64,000 nucleotides of DNA from Octopus sinensis. Its lineage: Eukaryota. Position 1 is the first letter of the stretch. Each line of letters begins with the position of its first letter. The position numbers and the translations under genes were made by a program. The stretch spans positions 23,870,001 through 23,934,000 of the forward strand of contig NC_043021.1 in NCBI RefSeq assembly GCF_006345805.1, read 5' to 3'. Below, in pieces: positions 52,689 to 64,000 of the stretch. The notes below the pieces were generated by a model that was given only the letters and a program-made list of their open reading frames with translations, was not told the origin of the DNA and made no database searches.

Positions 52689-54028
52689 TTAGATGAAAAG
52701 GGGGGAGAGTTGAGCCCAAATGGCGTATAAGAACGAAGAGAGAAGATTAATCCCTGTTCACGGCGCAAGCGGGAATCCGGATGGCCTCTGTGCAAGGACA
52801 ATCCGAACACAGACAGGTGTTGCAAGGAGTGACCGGTGGAGCGGAAATGGCGTGAGACTGATATGTCATTTGGCGAGGCGGATGTCTCGGCGGTGTTCCG
52901 CGAACCGGTCAGCCAAGCGGCGTCCCGTTTGTCCGATGTACAGGGAATGGCAGAGAGAGCAGGAGATGCAATAGATGATATTGCTGGAGGTGCAGGTGAA
53001 GGAGTCGATGATGCGATAAGGTCGATGATGGGTGACGGTGAGGAGGGTGGTGTTGGAGAGTAAGGGCAAGTGCGGCATCGTGAGCGGGAGCAGGGGAACG
53101 AGCCAGGTTGGGAGGTAAGGTCAGGGAAGAAGCTGTGAACCAAGAGGTCTCGTAGGTTATGGGTTCGTTTGAAGGAGGGGAGAGGTCGGTTAGGAAAGAG
53201 GTGTGAAGTGAACGGGTCGGACTGGAGATGCCGGAAAGCTCGAAGAATGGTGCGTTGGAGAGGTAAGTGAGGGGAAAAGGGAGGCGGGAGACGCAGGGCG
53301 GGAGACGCAGGGCGGGTTCGGGGGGAGAGAGCAGATGCACGGTCTACGGAACGTGCTCTGGCAAGGGCGGTTTGGATAGTGGTGAGGTGGTATCCACGTA
53401 GCATGAAGTGATGAGCCATGAGTTGAGACTGAGTCTCAAAGTCATGGTCGTCACTACAGAGCCTACGTAGACGGAGGAATTGGGAATAGGGGATGGAAAG
53501 CTTGGTGTATTTGGGATGGGAGGAAGAGAAGTTTAGGTATGAGTGTGAGTCTGTGTGTTTGTAGTGAATGGAGGTGGTAAGAGTGGGGTGATGAATGCTG
53601 ACCGAAATGTTGAGGAAGGAGACAGAGGTGTTGGAGATTGTGCAGGTGAAGTGGAGGGCAGGATGGAAGGATTGAACGAAAGAGAGGAAGGAGTCTAGAT
53701 GTTCACAGGAGAGTGAGATGGCACCGATAATGTCGTCAATGTAACGACTGTATAGTTCTGGAGTGGGACCAGTGAAACTAGAGAATATTTGGGCCTCAAC
53801 ATAGCCAACGAAAAGATTCGCATAGTTGGGGCCCATTCGCGTTCCCATGACCACTCCCTAGCTCTGATGGTAGAACTCGCCCGCGAACGAGAAGCAGTTA
53901 AGAGAAAGGACAAGTTCGGTCAGACGAATGAGTGTGGAGGTGTCGGGTTCGGGGTTGGGGCGGAGGTCGAGAAAGTGTTGAAGTACCCGCAGTCCTTCGT
54001 GGTGAGGGATGACGGTATAGAGGCTCTG
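52689..54028 (-). pseudogene. PLE reverse transcriptase + GIY-YIG endonuclease, disrupted
   Basis: QSLYTVIP, GVVMGTRMGPNYANLF, RYIDDI, YLNFSSSHP, CSRSRCRTC, NIIYCISC..LYIGQTGRRLADRFAEH, REQGLI..GLN. Stop at 53858-53860 and frameshifts near 53060 and 52870. Confidence 0.93.
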
Positions 54029-54250
54029 GCAGAAACGTTAGCATGCCGGGCGAAATGCTTAGCGGTATTTCGTCTGCAGCCACGTTGTGAGTTCAAATTC
54101 CGCCGAGGTTGACTTTGCCTTTCATCCTTTCGGGGTCGATAAATTAAGTACCAGATGAGTACTGGGGTCGATGTAATCGACTTAATCCGTTTTCTGTCCT
54201 TGTTTGTCCCCTCTAAGTTTAGCCCCTTGTGGGTAGTAAAGAAATAGGTA
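54028..54250 (+). mobile_element. SINE family C with a Tx1-like tail
   Basis: Head GCAGAAACGTTAGCATGCCGGGCGAAATGCTTAGCGG, B-box GAGTTCAAATTCC, tail TTTGTCCCCTCT...AGCCCCTTGTGGGTAGTAAAGAAA. Abuts the truncated PLE RT. Confidence 0.8.
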
Positions 54251-54562
54251 TAGAGGCTCTGAATGGAAAACAAGACGATATATACTGCCAAGGTCTACTA
54301 AATTCAAATAAATCTAGACTTCTCGCGAAAAGGACACCTCCATTCCAACCAAAAAGGAACATTTCAGATAATAAAATTTTACCCATGAGGCCTCTCATGG
54401 AGAACAGATCAAAATCGGATAGTATCAAAATAAACACCCAATACATCAAATGCCGCTCACGGCAGGCACGCAGAAACTGTTAGCAGCAAGCGGAATGAAC
54501 CTGCCAGCGTCTACTAAATTCAAACAAAGCAGATGCATGTGCTAGCATATATATATATATAT

Positions 54563-54645
54563 GTGTATGTATGTATGTATGTATGTATGTATGTATGTAT
54601 GTATGTATGTATGTATGTATGTATGTATGTATGTATGTATGTATA
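54563..54645. repeat. (TATG)n microsatellite
   Basis: Direct reading. Confidence 0.97.
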
Positions 54646-54646
54646 T

Positions 54647-54862
54647 AGGAGGGGTGTTGAAAAGTTCCTGGCTTTGGGTAAAAGAAAATGCACGAGGATC
54701 AGTTAATTAGGATTTTATCCAACATATTCCCCTTTCAGATTCACACAATTAGGGCAGCAGTCCTTCACTTTTTCTAAACCCCATAAAAGAACACGGAACA
54801 CAAGGCCTCCAGTCAGGCCTTTCATGGTACCCTTAAAACCAGAAGTTTTCACTCACACTCCT
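54647..54862. mobile_element. Short mariner-derived MITE
   Basis: Left end GGAGGGGTGTTGAAAAGTTCCTGG resembles the 4703 TIR; degenerate inverted match CCAGAAGTTTTCACTCACACTCC. Confidence 0.5.
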
Positions 54863-55494
54863 TCTTCATCTCCCCCCTTTCTGTCTCTGTCTGTCTGTCT
54901 GTCTATCTCTCAATTTCTCTCTTTCTATCATTATCTCTGTCTGTCTCTTACCCTTCCAGAGTAGTGTGCATGTGTATGTAGAAGCAGACGACACACACAC
55001 ATCTGAAATACTAACCAGTTGACGTCAGCTGTAGCGGACTATAAAAACAATAGATTGAAGAAAGAAGACACTGTAGCAGTGCGCGATATTGGCATTTAAG
55101 TGAACAGAAAGGTAAAGGAAAACATGTGGAAGTACTTCACTGCTCTTTTGATAATATTGTTGTTTAAAATCGAAGATGTTGCCAATCAAAAAGACCCAGG
55201 TACTATTTCAGCACCATTTGATTTGTTTCTTCATTTATTGGTATGTGTGGGAATTTTTTTATAACCCATTTTACCCTTTTAACTACGGAAATCAGGCATG
55301 TTTACTCAGAATTTTCTTATCCTTAACTGCGAGAGGCAGATTTATCTACCTATTTATTTTTTGTTGAAGAATGACATGATTGAAGCTATTTTTCTCAAGT
55401 TTATTTTGGTGATGGGATTTGCAGAAATACTAACCATTTTGTTGCAATCAGTGGTTGACGTATCTCATGTATGAAGCTGTCAAGCATCTTCATT

Positions 55495-57217
55495 CATACT
55501 CTTTTACTCTTTTACTTGTTTCAGTCATTTGACTGCGGCCATGCTGGAGCACCGCCTTTAATTGAGCAAATCGACCCCGGGAGTTATTCATTGTAAGCCC
55601 AGTACTAATTCTATCGGTCTCTTTTGCCGAACCGCTAAGTAACGGGGATATAAACACACCAGCATCGGTTGTCAAGCAATGCTAGGGGGGACAAACACAG
55701 ACACACAAACATACACAAACACACACACACACACACAACATTATATATATATATAGTATAATATATATATATATATATATACGACGGCTTCTTTCAGTTT
55801 CCGTCTACAAATCCACTCACAAGGCTTTGGTCGGCCCGAGGCTATAGTAGAAGACACTTGCCAAGGTGCACGCAGGGGACTGAACCCGGAACCATGTGGT
55901 TGGTAAACATGCTACTATCCAGGTCATAATTATCTGAGCAAAGCAAAGAGAATTACATAGTGCTATAAACGAGAAACGGTTTGTTTCATTATAGCAATAT
56001 AGCATAGCAACACTTGCGCCTTCTTCCATTCGTATTAATATGCCACTCATTAACACCATTCCGAAGTTTGTGTCTTCGCCTCCTCTGCGACTCTGTTGCA
56101 TTGTCACTGCCTCTATGCTTTATCATTGATCACCGAATGTGTATTCGTGACTAATGTTCCCGCATTACTCTTTTTACTCTCTTTTACTTGTTTCAGTCAT
56201 TTGACTGCGGCCATGCTGGAGCACTGCTTTTAATCGAGCAAATCGACCCCGGGACTTATTCCTTGTAAGCCACAGTACTTATTCTAGGGTCTATTTTGCC
56301 GACCGCTAAGTAACGGGGACGTAAACACACCAGCATCGGTGTCAAGCAATGCTAGGGGGGACAAACAGACACACAGCACACACACACAATACATATATAT
56401 ATTATACATATATATACGACAGGCTTCTTTCAGTTTCCGTCTACCAAATCCACTCACAAGGCATTGGTCGGCCCGGGCTATAGCAGAAGACACTAGCCCA
56501 AAATGCCACGCAGTGGGACTGAACCCGGAACCATGTGGTTGGTAAACATGCTACTATCCAGGTCATAATTATCTGAGCAAAGCAAAGAGAATTACATAGT
56601 GCTATAAACGAGAAACGGTTTGTTTCATTATCAATATAGCATAGCAACACTTGCGCTTCTTCCATTCGTATAATATGCCACTCATTAACACCATTCCGAA
56701 GTTTGTGTCTTCGCCTCCTCTGCGACTCTGTTGCATTGTCACTGCCTCTATGCTTTATCATTGATCACCGAATGTGTATTCGTGACTAATGTTCCCGCAT
56801 TACTCTTTTTACTCTCTTTTACTTGTTTCAGTCATTTGACTGCGGCCATGCTGGAGCACTGCTTTTAATCGAGCAAATCGACCCCGGGACTTATTCCTTG
56901 TAAGCCCAGTACTTATTCTATCGGTCTATTTTGCCGAACCGCTAAGTAACGGGGACGTAAACACACCAGCATCGGTTGTCAAGCAATGCTAGGGGGACAA
57001 ACACAGACACACAAGCACACACACACATACATATATATATATATACATATATATACGACAGGCTTCTTTCAGTTTCCGTCTACCAAATCCACTCACAAGG
57101 CATTGGTCGGCCCGGGGCTATAGCAGAAGACACTAGCCCAAAATGCCACGCAGTGGGACTGAACCCGGAACCATGTGGTTGGTTAGTAAGCTACTTACCA
57201 CAGAGTCACTCCTGCGC
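55495..57217 (-). mobile_element. Three SINE family A copies separated by two copies of a ~270-bp spacer
   Basis: SINEs at about 55495-55905, 56166-56545 and 56804-57217; spacer AAACATGCTACTATCCAGG...GTTCCCGCAT occurs twice. Confidence 0.9.
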
Positions 57218-58107
57218 ATTGATGACTTTTAATCGCTGTTTTATAGAAACACAACGATAACTTGGTTATCCCCCACATTACGGCCATTCTCCAAGGATTT
57301 ACATTAATGTGGCCCAAATATGCATGGAATATATGACGTTTACGATCATCAGATGCTGAAGTCCATCGTGTATCAAAAGGAGGAAAACTCGCAGCCTGGC
57401 TGCTTTCATTCATCAAAGATTTCGCCCCGCAAGATCTCACGTTGCTCATTTGTACTGATTTCCTTAAACTTCTGCCCCCTTTCCGCTTGCTGATACTCTT
57501 CAATTGGTCCACCTGTTCAGATCTTTATATCTCATATGCCCATCCTATTCTGGCACGTCATTCCCTTCTTTTGCATCGTTCCTTGTGCAACCCATTACTC
57601 TACTTGTATGTTGTGGTCTAATCAACTCAAAATTCTTCAGGCGATATGACATGAAGAGTCATTTAACCACAAAAAAGGACAAAACCCCACTTCATGAAAA
57701 CTTATAAAGGCAAAAAGAATACACATAAATTCTCGTGTATGAAGAATTGTTAGCAGATTAGCAGTAATAAAATGCCTGACTTTACGGAGAATTTGATGCT
57801 GTATATTATAGCTCTGTCCCATAATCCATTGTCCCAGCTATTTGTACATAAATACACAACACAGAGTGCTCGATACTGTGAACGAATGGAAAACACTTTT
57901 TTTTTACAATAGATCTCTTCAAATATGTGTGTAGTTTGCTTTTAAATATAATGGAAGACAAGACTATATATACTGCCAGCGTCTACTAAATTCAAACAAA
58001 GCAGACGCATGTGCTAGCGTCGAAGACGGAGGTTGTTTACTAACGGAGACAGCAACTGAATACCACTTGGGGAATACAACTACACACACACACACACACA
58101 CACACAT

Positions 58108-58139
<32 letters not shown>

Positions 58140-58232
58140 GAATAAGGATAAGATCGTTATATAAAAACCGATCTTATCAGGTGGCCTTCAAAGGTAATAA
58201 TTATTACTAAAATGATAATTTAGAGCATCTAA

Positions 58233-58394
58233 GAGATACCACCACGCTGGAAATAGCAGCCAAAACGTGATTCTAAAACCACATTAAATGTTCATACAAC
58301 ACCAGGAGAGTGCTGTATCAAATGGTGCTGTATGAATATTTAATGTGGTTTTAGAGTCAAGATTTGGCTGCTATTTCCAGCGTGTTGGTATCTC
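58233..58394. mobile_element. Hairpin MITE-like fold-back
   Basis: Arms about 58233-58302 and 58322-58394 are imperfect reverse complements. Confidence 0.75.
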
Positions 58395-58544
58395 TAGATA
58401 CCCTACATTATAGTTGTTGTAATTTCATCTCATCTATCGCTATATATATATATATATTATATAATATAATAATATTATATAGATATTATATATATATATA
58501 TATAATATACAAACATACATACATACATGTATGTATATATATAT

Positions 58545-58760
58545 AACGGGAAGCTTTATGAAAATAGACAAAGACGAAGGCAGGTGGAAAACAAACAAAC
58601 CAATTGTATTAGTATGGCGCTCAGGAAATATAAATAAAACAAGTCTTTAACGTTTCGAGCCTACGCTCTTCAAACAGAAAGATACACAGAGAGAAAAAAA
58701 CACAGAAAAGAAGGAGAGAAAAAAAAATGCGTGCAGTAGTAACTAACGAATCACATGGTG
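58545..58760 (-). mobile_element. Solo PLE pseudo-LTR
   Basis: Colinear with 51648-51850; flanked by (TA)-rich repeats. Confidence 0.85.
58645..58681 (-). ncRNA. Hammerhead-like motif in the solo pseudo-LTR
   Basis: CTTT | CTGTTTGA | A GAGC-GTAG-GCTC | GAAA | CG | TT | AAAG. Confidence 0.6.
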
Positions 58761-58824
58761 ATATATACATATATATATATATATATATAGATATATATAT
58801 ATGATATATTAGATATATATACAA

Positions 58825-58855
<31 letters not shown>

Positions 58856-58899
58856 GCATACACATTACACATGTATTTATGTATATATATTCTTTTATA

Positions 58900-59095
58900 C
58901 ACTTATTTGTTTTAGTCATTTGACTGTGGCCATACTGGAGCACCGCCTTTAGTTGAACGAATCGACCCAAGGAGTTATTCTTTGGAGGCTCTGTTCTTAT
59001 TCCATCGGGCTGTTTTGTAGAACCACTAAGATACGGGGACGTAAACATGCCAGCACCGCTTGTCAAGGGATGGCGGGGGGAGGGGTCGAACACAG
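58900..59095 (-). mobile_element. SINE family A 3' half, diverged
   Basis: Tail and body match; similar partial copies at 26225-26400, 29735-29835 and 60525-60720. Confidence 0.8.
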
Positions 59096-59126
59096 TCACT
59101 CAAATACACACACACATATATATATA

Positions 59127-60410
59127 TTGGGTTGGCAAGAAAGTAATTTGGTTTTTCGAAACAAGAGTTACCATTATTTAATGACTTTTTTCACTGTTAT
59201 GATATTTTTCTTTTTGACACTTGGTAGCCGTTACTTTTACCTTCTATTAGAAGCAAATTGCGCGTAGTTTTGTTTACAGCTGTGAGTTCTGTATCAATTT
59301 TAACATGGAGTGCAAAAACGAACATTTTCGCCGTATTTTGCTTTTTATCTCCGGAATGGCAAGAAAGCTGCTGAGGCTCACAAAGAGATATGTGAAGTTT
59401 ATGTCGATGATTACTTAACAGAAGGTACATATGAGAAATGGTTTTCAAAATTCCGTTCTGGAGATCTTTCACTCAAAAATGATAACGTTCAGGTCGACCT
59501 ACTGAAGTTGATGACGACCAAATCAAAGCCATAGTTAAATCTGATTGTCATATAATTGTGTGAGAAATTGCAGAGTGGTTAAATGTATCACATATAATCA
59601 ACTGAAAATCACTTAAAACGTCTGGGACTCGTTAAGGAGCTCGATGTTTGATTTTCAAATCAATTGGAAGAAATTCACTTAACACCACAAATCAATATTT
59701 GTTATATGCATCTCAAACACAATGAAATCCACCTTTTTTTTAAAACGAATCATCGCTAGTGAGGAAAATGAATTGTGTACAATAACGTCAATCGAAAACG
59801 ATCATGGATTAAGCGTAATGAACCAGCACAAACCACACCGGAAGTTGAATTACATCCAAAAAAGGTCATGGCGTTAATTTGGTGGGATTATAAAGTAGTT
59901 GTGTGTTATGAGCTGCTTCCAAGGAACCAAATAATCATTTCGGATATTTACTGGCAACAACTAATGAAACTAAAGGAAGTAATCAAAGAAAAACGGCCAG
60001 AATTGGCAAATCGTAAAAGAATCGTGTTTCACCATGATAACGCAAAACCACACACGTCTTAGCTACCTCGTGAAAAATTATCGGATTGTGGTTGGGAAGT
60101 GATGTAACATCCACCATATAGCCCTGATTTTGAACCATCAGATTACCATTTATTTGGAAGTTTCAAAAATACTTTGAATGGTAAAACATTCAATAATGAT
60201 GATGACCCGAAATCTCACTTGCTTCAATTGTTCGCTGATAAGGACCAAACGCTCAATGAGCACGGAATCATGGAGTTGCCAGAAAGATAAGAAAATGTCA
60301 TCGAAAAAATGGCAAAAAATATATAATTGAATAAGGTCCATGTTTTGTATGAAAAGAAAATTACTTTTATTTCACGCTAAAAAAACAAGATTACTTTCTT
60401 GCAGAACCAA
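59127..60410 (+). mobile_element. Full-length decayed mariner transposon (1284 bp)
   Basis: TIRs TTGGGTTGGCAAGAAAGTAAT and the reverse complement TTGGTTCTGCAAGAAAGTAAT with TA on both sides. Transposase from ATG 59305: KWFSKFRSG, KKVMALIWWD, FHHDNAKPH, HPPYSPDFEPSDYHLF; multiple stops and frameshifts. Confidence 0.93.
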
Positions 60411-61066
60411 TATGTGTGTGTGTGTGAGTGGGTGTGTGAGTGTGTGTGTGAGTGTGTGTGGGTGTGTGTGTCTGTGCTTGTGTGTGTGTGTATGTATGTA
60501 TGTGTGTATTTCTTCTTTGATTCTTGTATTTGTTTCAGTCATTTGACTGCAGCCATACTGGAGCACCGCTTTAGTCGAGCAAATCGACCCCAAGGACTTA
60601 GTTTTTGTAAGCCTAGTTCTTATTCTGTCGGTCTCTTTGACGAACCGCTAGATTACGGATACGTAAATACACCAAAGCCGGTGGTCACGCGATAGTTGGG
60701 GGACAGAGACAGACACACAAACATATATATATATGTATATATATATATATGTATATAAATATATATATATATATATACATACATATATATACACATATAT
60801 AAATTAAATTAGAGATAAAACCACTATTAGGCAAATCAAACAGTGAAAAACATAAACCAAAACATTAAAAAATTAATATAATATACAAAATATATAAAAT
60901 ATAAAATTTAAATTATTTAAATTTAAAATTATTAATTTATATTTATAAATTTTTATATTTCTTATTTTTTAAATTTAAAATAAAATTTTTAATTTTTAAA
61001 CTTTTTAAAAAATATATATATAACTATCAAAAAGTATTAAAAAGTTTAATATAAGATAATAAGTAA

Positions 61067-61163
61067 AACCACTACGTACGTTTCATGGCCATAACCTAAT
61101 TCGAATTACAATAATTTAAATTCAGTTAAAATTCCAATTATGGTTATAGTCAATCTTCAGGTT
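61067..61163 (-). ncRNA. Type-I hammerhead ribozyme with long stem II
   Basis: AAC | CTGAAGA | TTGACTATAACC...GGTTATGGCCAT | GAAA | C-GTAC-G | TA | GTGGTT. Palindromic stem III ACGTACGT; stem I weak. Confidence 0.7.
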
Positions 61164-61199
61164 AATGATAATAGTTAAATAAATAAGCAAATATATTTA

Positions 61200-64000
61200 A
61201 ACAATATTTTTTAAGAATTAAATAAAATAATAATTTTTCTTATAAAAAAACTCTATTATCAAACTAGAAACTTTAACGATTATTATTATGTCATACAATC
61301 AAATTATAATGTTAAATATTAATTTTTAAGGTAAGAATAGATAGAAAATGTATTTATCTATACAGATATAATATGGCTTTAAAAAACATAATAAGCTCAC
61401 AAATAACCTAATCTCAGTTATAGTCAATATCTAATTACCTAATTATATAACAAAAAAAAAATAATAATAATAAAATAATCACTATTCATATTATTAAATT
61501 TAAGTTAAAATCAAATAATTATAAAATATTTGAATAATAACTAAATTATCAATAAATATATATAAATATAATAATTAAGATCTAAAATTATCTCTATCAA
61601 TAGATATATATACGTATTATAAAATACTAAATAAATTAATTATTCATTATTACTTATGAAATATATTAAAAAATTAAAAGATTAAAGATGAAAAAGCAAA
61701 TTGTAACCGTATAAACTATTTTAAAAATACCCTATAACTATTTAACGATCCGAATATCTCGTTGGCTAATTAATAACTTACAAAAACCATATAGTTATGA
61801 TCTAATAATGAAATAATGAAATACATATCTTCAACAACTTATACAATGAGATTATCAATCCGTAGTTATATAGTATCCAATAAATACCATATAACATAAA
61901 TTTTATTAAAATAAGGTTTACTTATTTTTTTTAAAAACCTGTCATTAACTAAAAAAAAAATAATAAACAAATGGAAAATTCTTTAAAAATATTTTATGAA
62001 TGAAAAATACTACTACAAATTATCAATTGAAAATAGCTATATTTAAGCTATAATAGAACAAAGTCAACTATTAGAGATATTTATGAATATATAATATAGC
62101 TTAAAAAACATAATAAATAAATATCCTTAACTCAGTTATAGTCCAAAAATTTAATTACCAAATTATTTAACTAAATAATCGTTATCCATATTTTAGATTT
62201 AAGTACATATCTAATAAATATAAAATATTTAAAAATAATAACAAAATACTATCAACAAATATAGTGATAAAGACTAAAATTTATGCTATCAATAAATATA
62301 TAGACATATAAAGAAAAATAAATTAATTAATTAATCTAATACTACTTACATAAATATTAAATATTAAATATTAATATAATATAATTATGAGATAAATTTA
62401 AAAAATTAAAGATTAAAATCAAATTAAAGCAAGAAACCTAATTTTAAAAAATCTTATTACTATTAACGATCGATATATCTCTTTGGCTAAGTAAAATCTT
62501 ACAAATAAACATAGAGTTAAAATCTAATAATTATATATATAACTTCGATAACTAAATCATTACAAAACAATCAGTATTTATATAGTATACAAAATAATAC
62601 AATAAGACTTATTAAAATATTTAAAATTTTTACATTTTTAAATCTTAAATAGAAATAGGTTACTTAGCTTTCCAAGGCTTTGTAATGAACTAAAATTTTA
62701 AAACGGAAAACGTCTTTTAAGCGTTTATAAGAATACTCGTGGAATTACGTTATTAACAAAAATAGAATAAATAGATGAAGAATTCTTTTAACAATGAAAA
62801 ACTACGAATATATTTTATCAATGAAACTTGTAAATAAAAAATTGTCAATGGAAACATCTATGGTTTATCAATAAATGTAAATAGAATGAAGTCACAATTA
62901 AAGAATAGAACCACTCTATACTATACGATTTATTATTAAAGTAACTACAATAAATTATACTTAATACTCAATAAATTAATAATTAATATAACTACTAATT
63001 ACTGTGTATACTCTAAAAATCTTATAAGATAGAATTAATTTATATAAAATAATAGTAACACCTCGACGTACGAGTAAATTCGTTCGCAGAGTCCGCTTTT
63101 ATTTTTAAGCAAAAACTCGTGAGCAGAACCTGGTGTCTCGTATGTATACATACGTATATACATGCCTACATTCATACATCCATACAAACATACAAGCAAA
63201 CATTTCGTTTTATCCATTTATTCTTTCTTGCCCTCTATACGTCTGTACATTAAATAAAATTGATTAAATAAACATCTAAATAAATCTACTTCAAAAATAT
63301 AGAAAATACATACAAATTGATTAATTTAACAAATTTATAACAAAAATATAACAAAATATAAACTTAACTCCAGTATACGATAAATATATATTTATATTAT
63401 ATATCATATTATTAATACTCAAAATAAATACTAATCAATAATAAATTAACCTAATTATATAGGTAAATTAATTTATCTATAGATCAAATACATTGTTTCT
63501 ATAATTGAATAAATTATCATTATAAAAAATATTACATAAAGAAAGAAAAAATTATTGTCCTATACATTCAAAATTAAAACCTTCATAAAATCTATATTCA
63601 TTAAAGCCATTAAATATTTAGTAATAAAATAAACATCTAAATATAATCTAACTTTAAGTAAATAAAGAACCTTTAATAACTATAATTGACAAATACAAAA
63701 CCTCATAAAGAATTGGAAACACTACACTACTATTATTAAGTAATATATTTATAAAATTATTAAAATATTAAATGATTTATTTAATATAACATATAAAATC
63801 ATGTAATAAGTATTATAAATCACATACTAAATTTTAGATAATACTAGTACATATATCTATAAATTAGGAATAAAATAGGGTTTAAATATAGTCATTATTT
63901 ATCTAGAAATTTATTATATAAGTAAAGTAACTTGTGTCTGCATTCTATTTTACGCTCATCCAAAGTATTCACTAAATTATTATGATCATAAAATAAAATT
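61200..64000. other. Extremely AT-rich, non-microsatellite block with a diverged ~720-bp-period duplication
   Basis: About 61380-61810 aligns with about 62100-62530; origin not identified. Confidence 0.6.

Larger units (their letters stand above)
51648..54028 (-). mobile_element. Penelope-like element, 5'-truncated, with polypyrimidine 3' region and pseudo-LTR
   Basis: RT + GIY-YIG ORF, then low-complexity tract 51900-52690 and a terminal repeat at 51648-51850 homologous to 58545-58760. Confidence 0.92.

Noticed and set aside
61200-64000. NUMT or ciliate-code (TAA=Gln) gene
   Set aside because: No conserved mitochondrial rRNA or protein motif recognised, and the TAA frequency seems compatible with base composition alone; kept only as an unresolved finding.

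Overview
Repeat-saturated eukaryotic DNA with no host protein-coding gene that I can support. The very high density of (TA)n, (CTAT)n and (CATA)n microsatellites and the dominant tRNA-head SINE resemble octopus/coleoid cephalopod DNA; this host call is an inference from repeat landscape only. Most long ORFs in the track are microsatellite translations. Recognisable content: three Tx1-clade LINE copies, a probable ORF1-only HAL1-like element, R4/Dong-like RLE LINE fragments in (TAA)n arrays, two CR1-like 3' ends, one Penelope-like element (RT + GIY-YIG), four mariner relics, a Tigger relic, a Helitron helicase relic, three SINE families and a ~0.6 kb 18S rRNA fragment. The most notable unannotated signal is about 15 type-I hammerhead ribozyme motifs from roughly ten distinct short repeat families. 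Each has a different but self-complementary or near-self-complementary stem III, two carry the compensatory U3-A8 core, and four families occur as head-to-head inverted pairs. Also notable: apparent (CTAT)n targeting by a Tx1 family and two SINE-LINE shared 3' tails. All alignments and folds were done by eye; element boundaries are approximate unless motifs are quoted.
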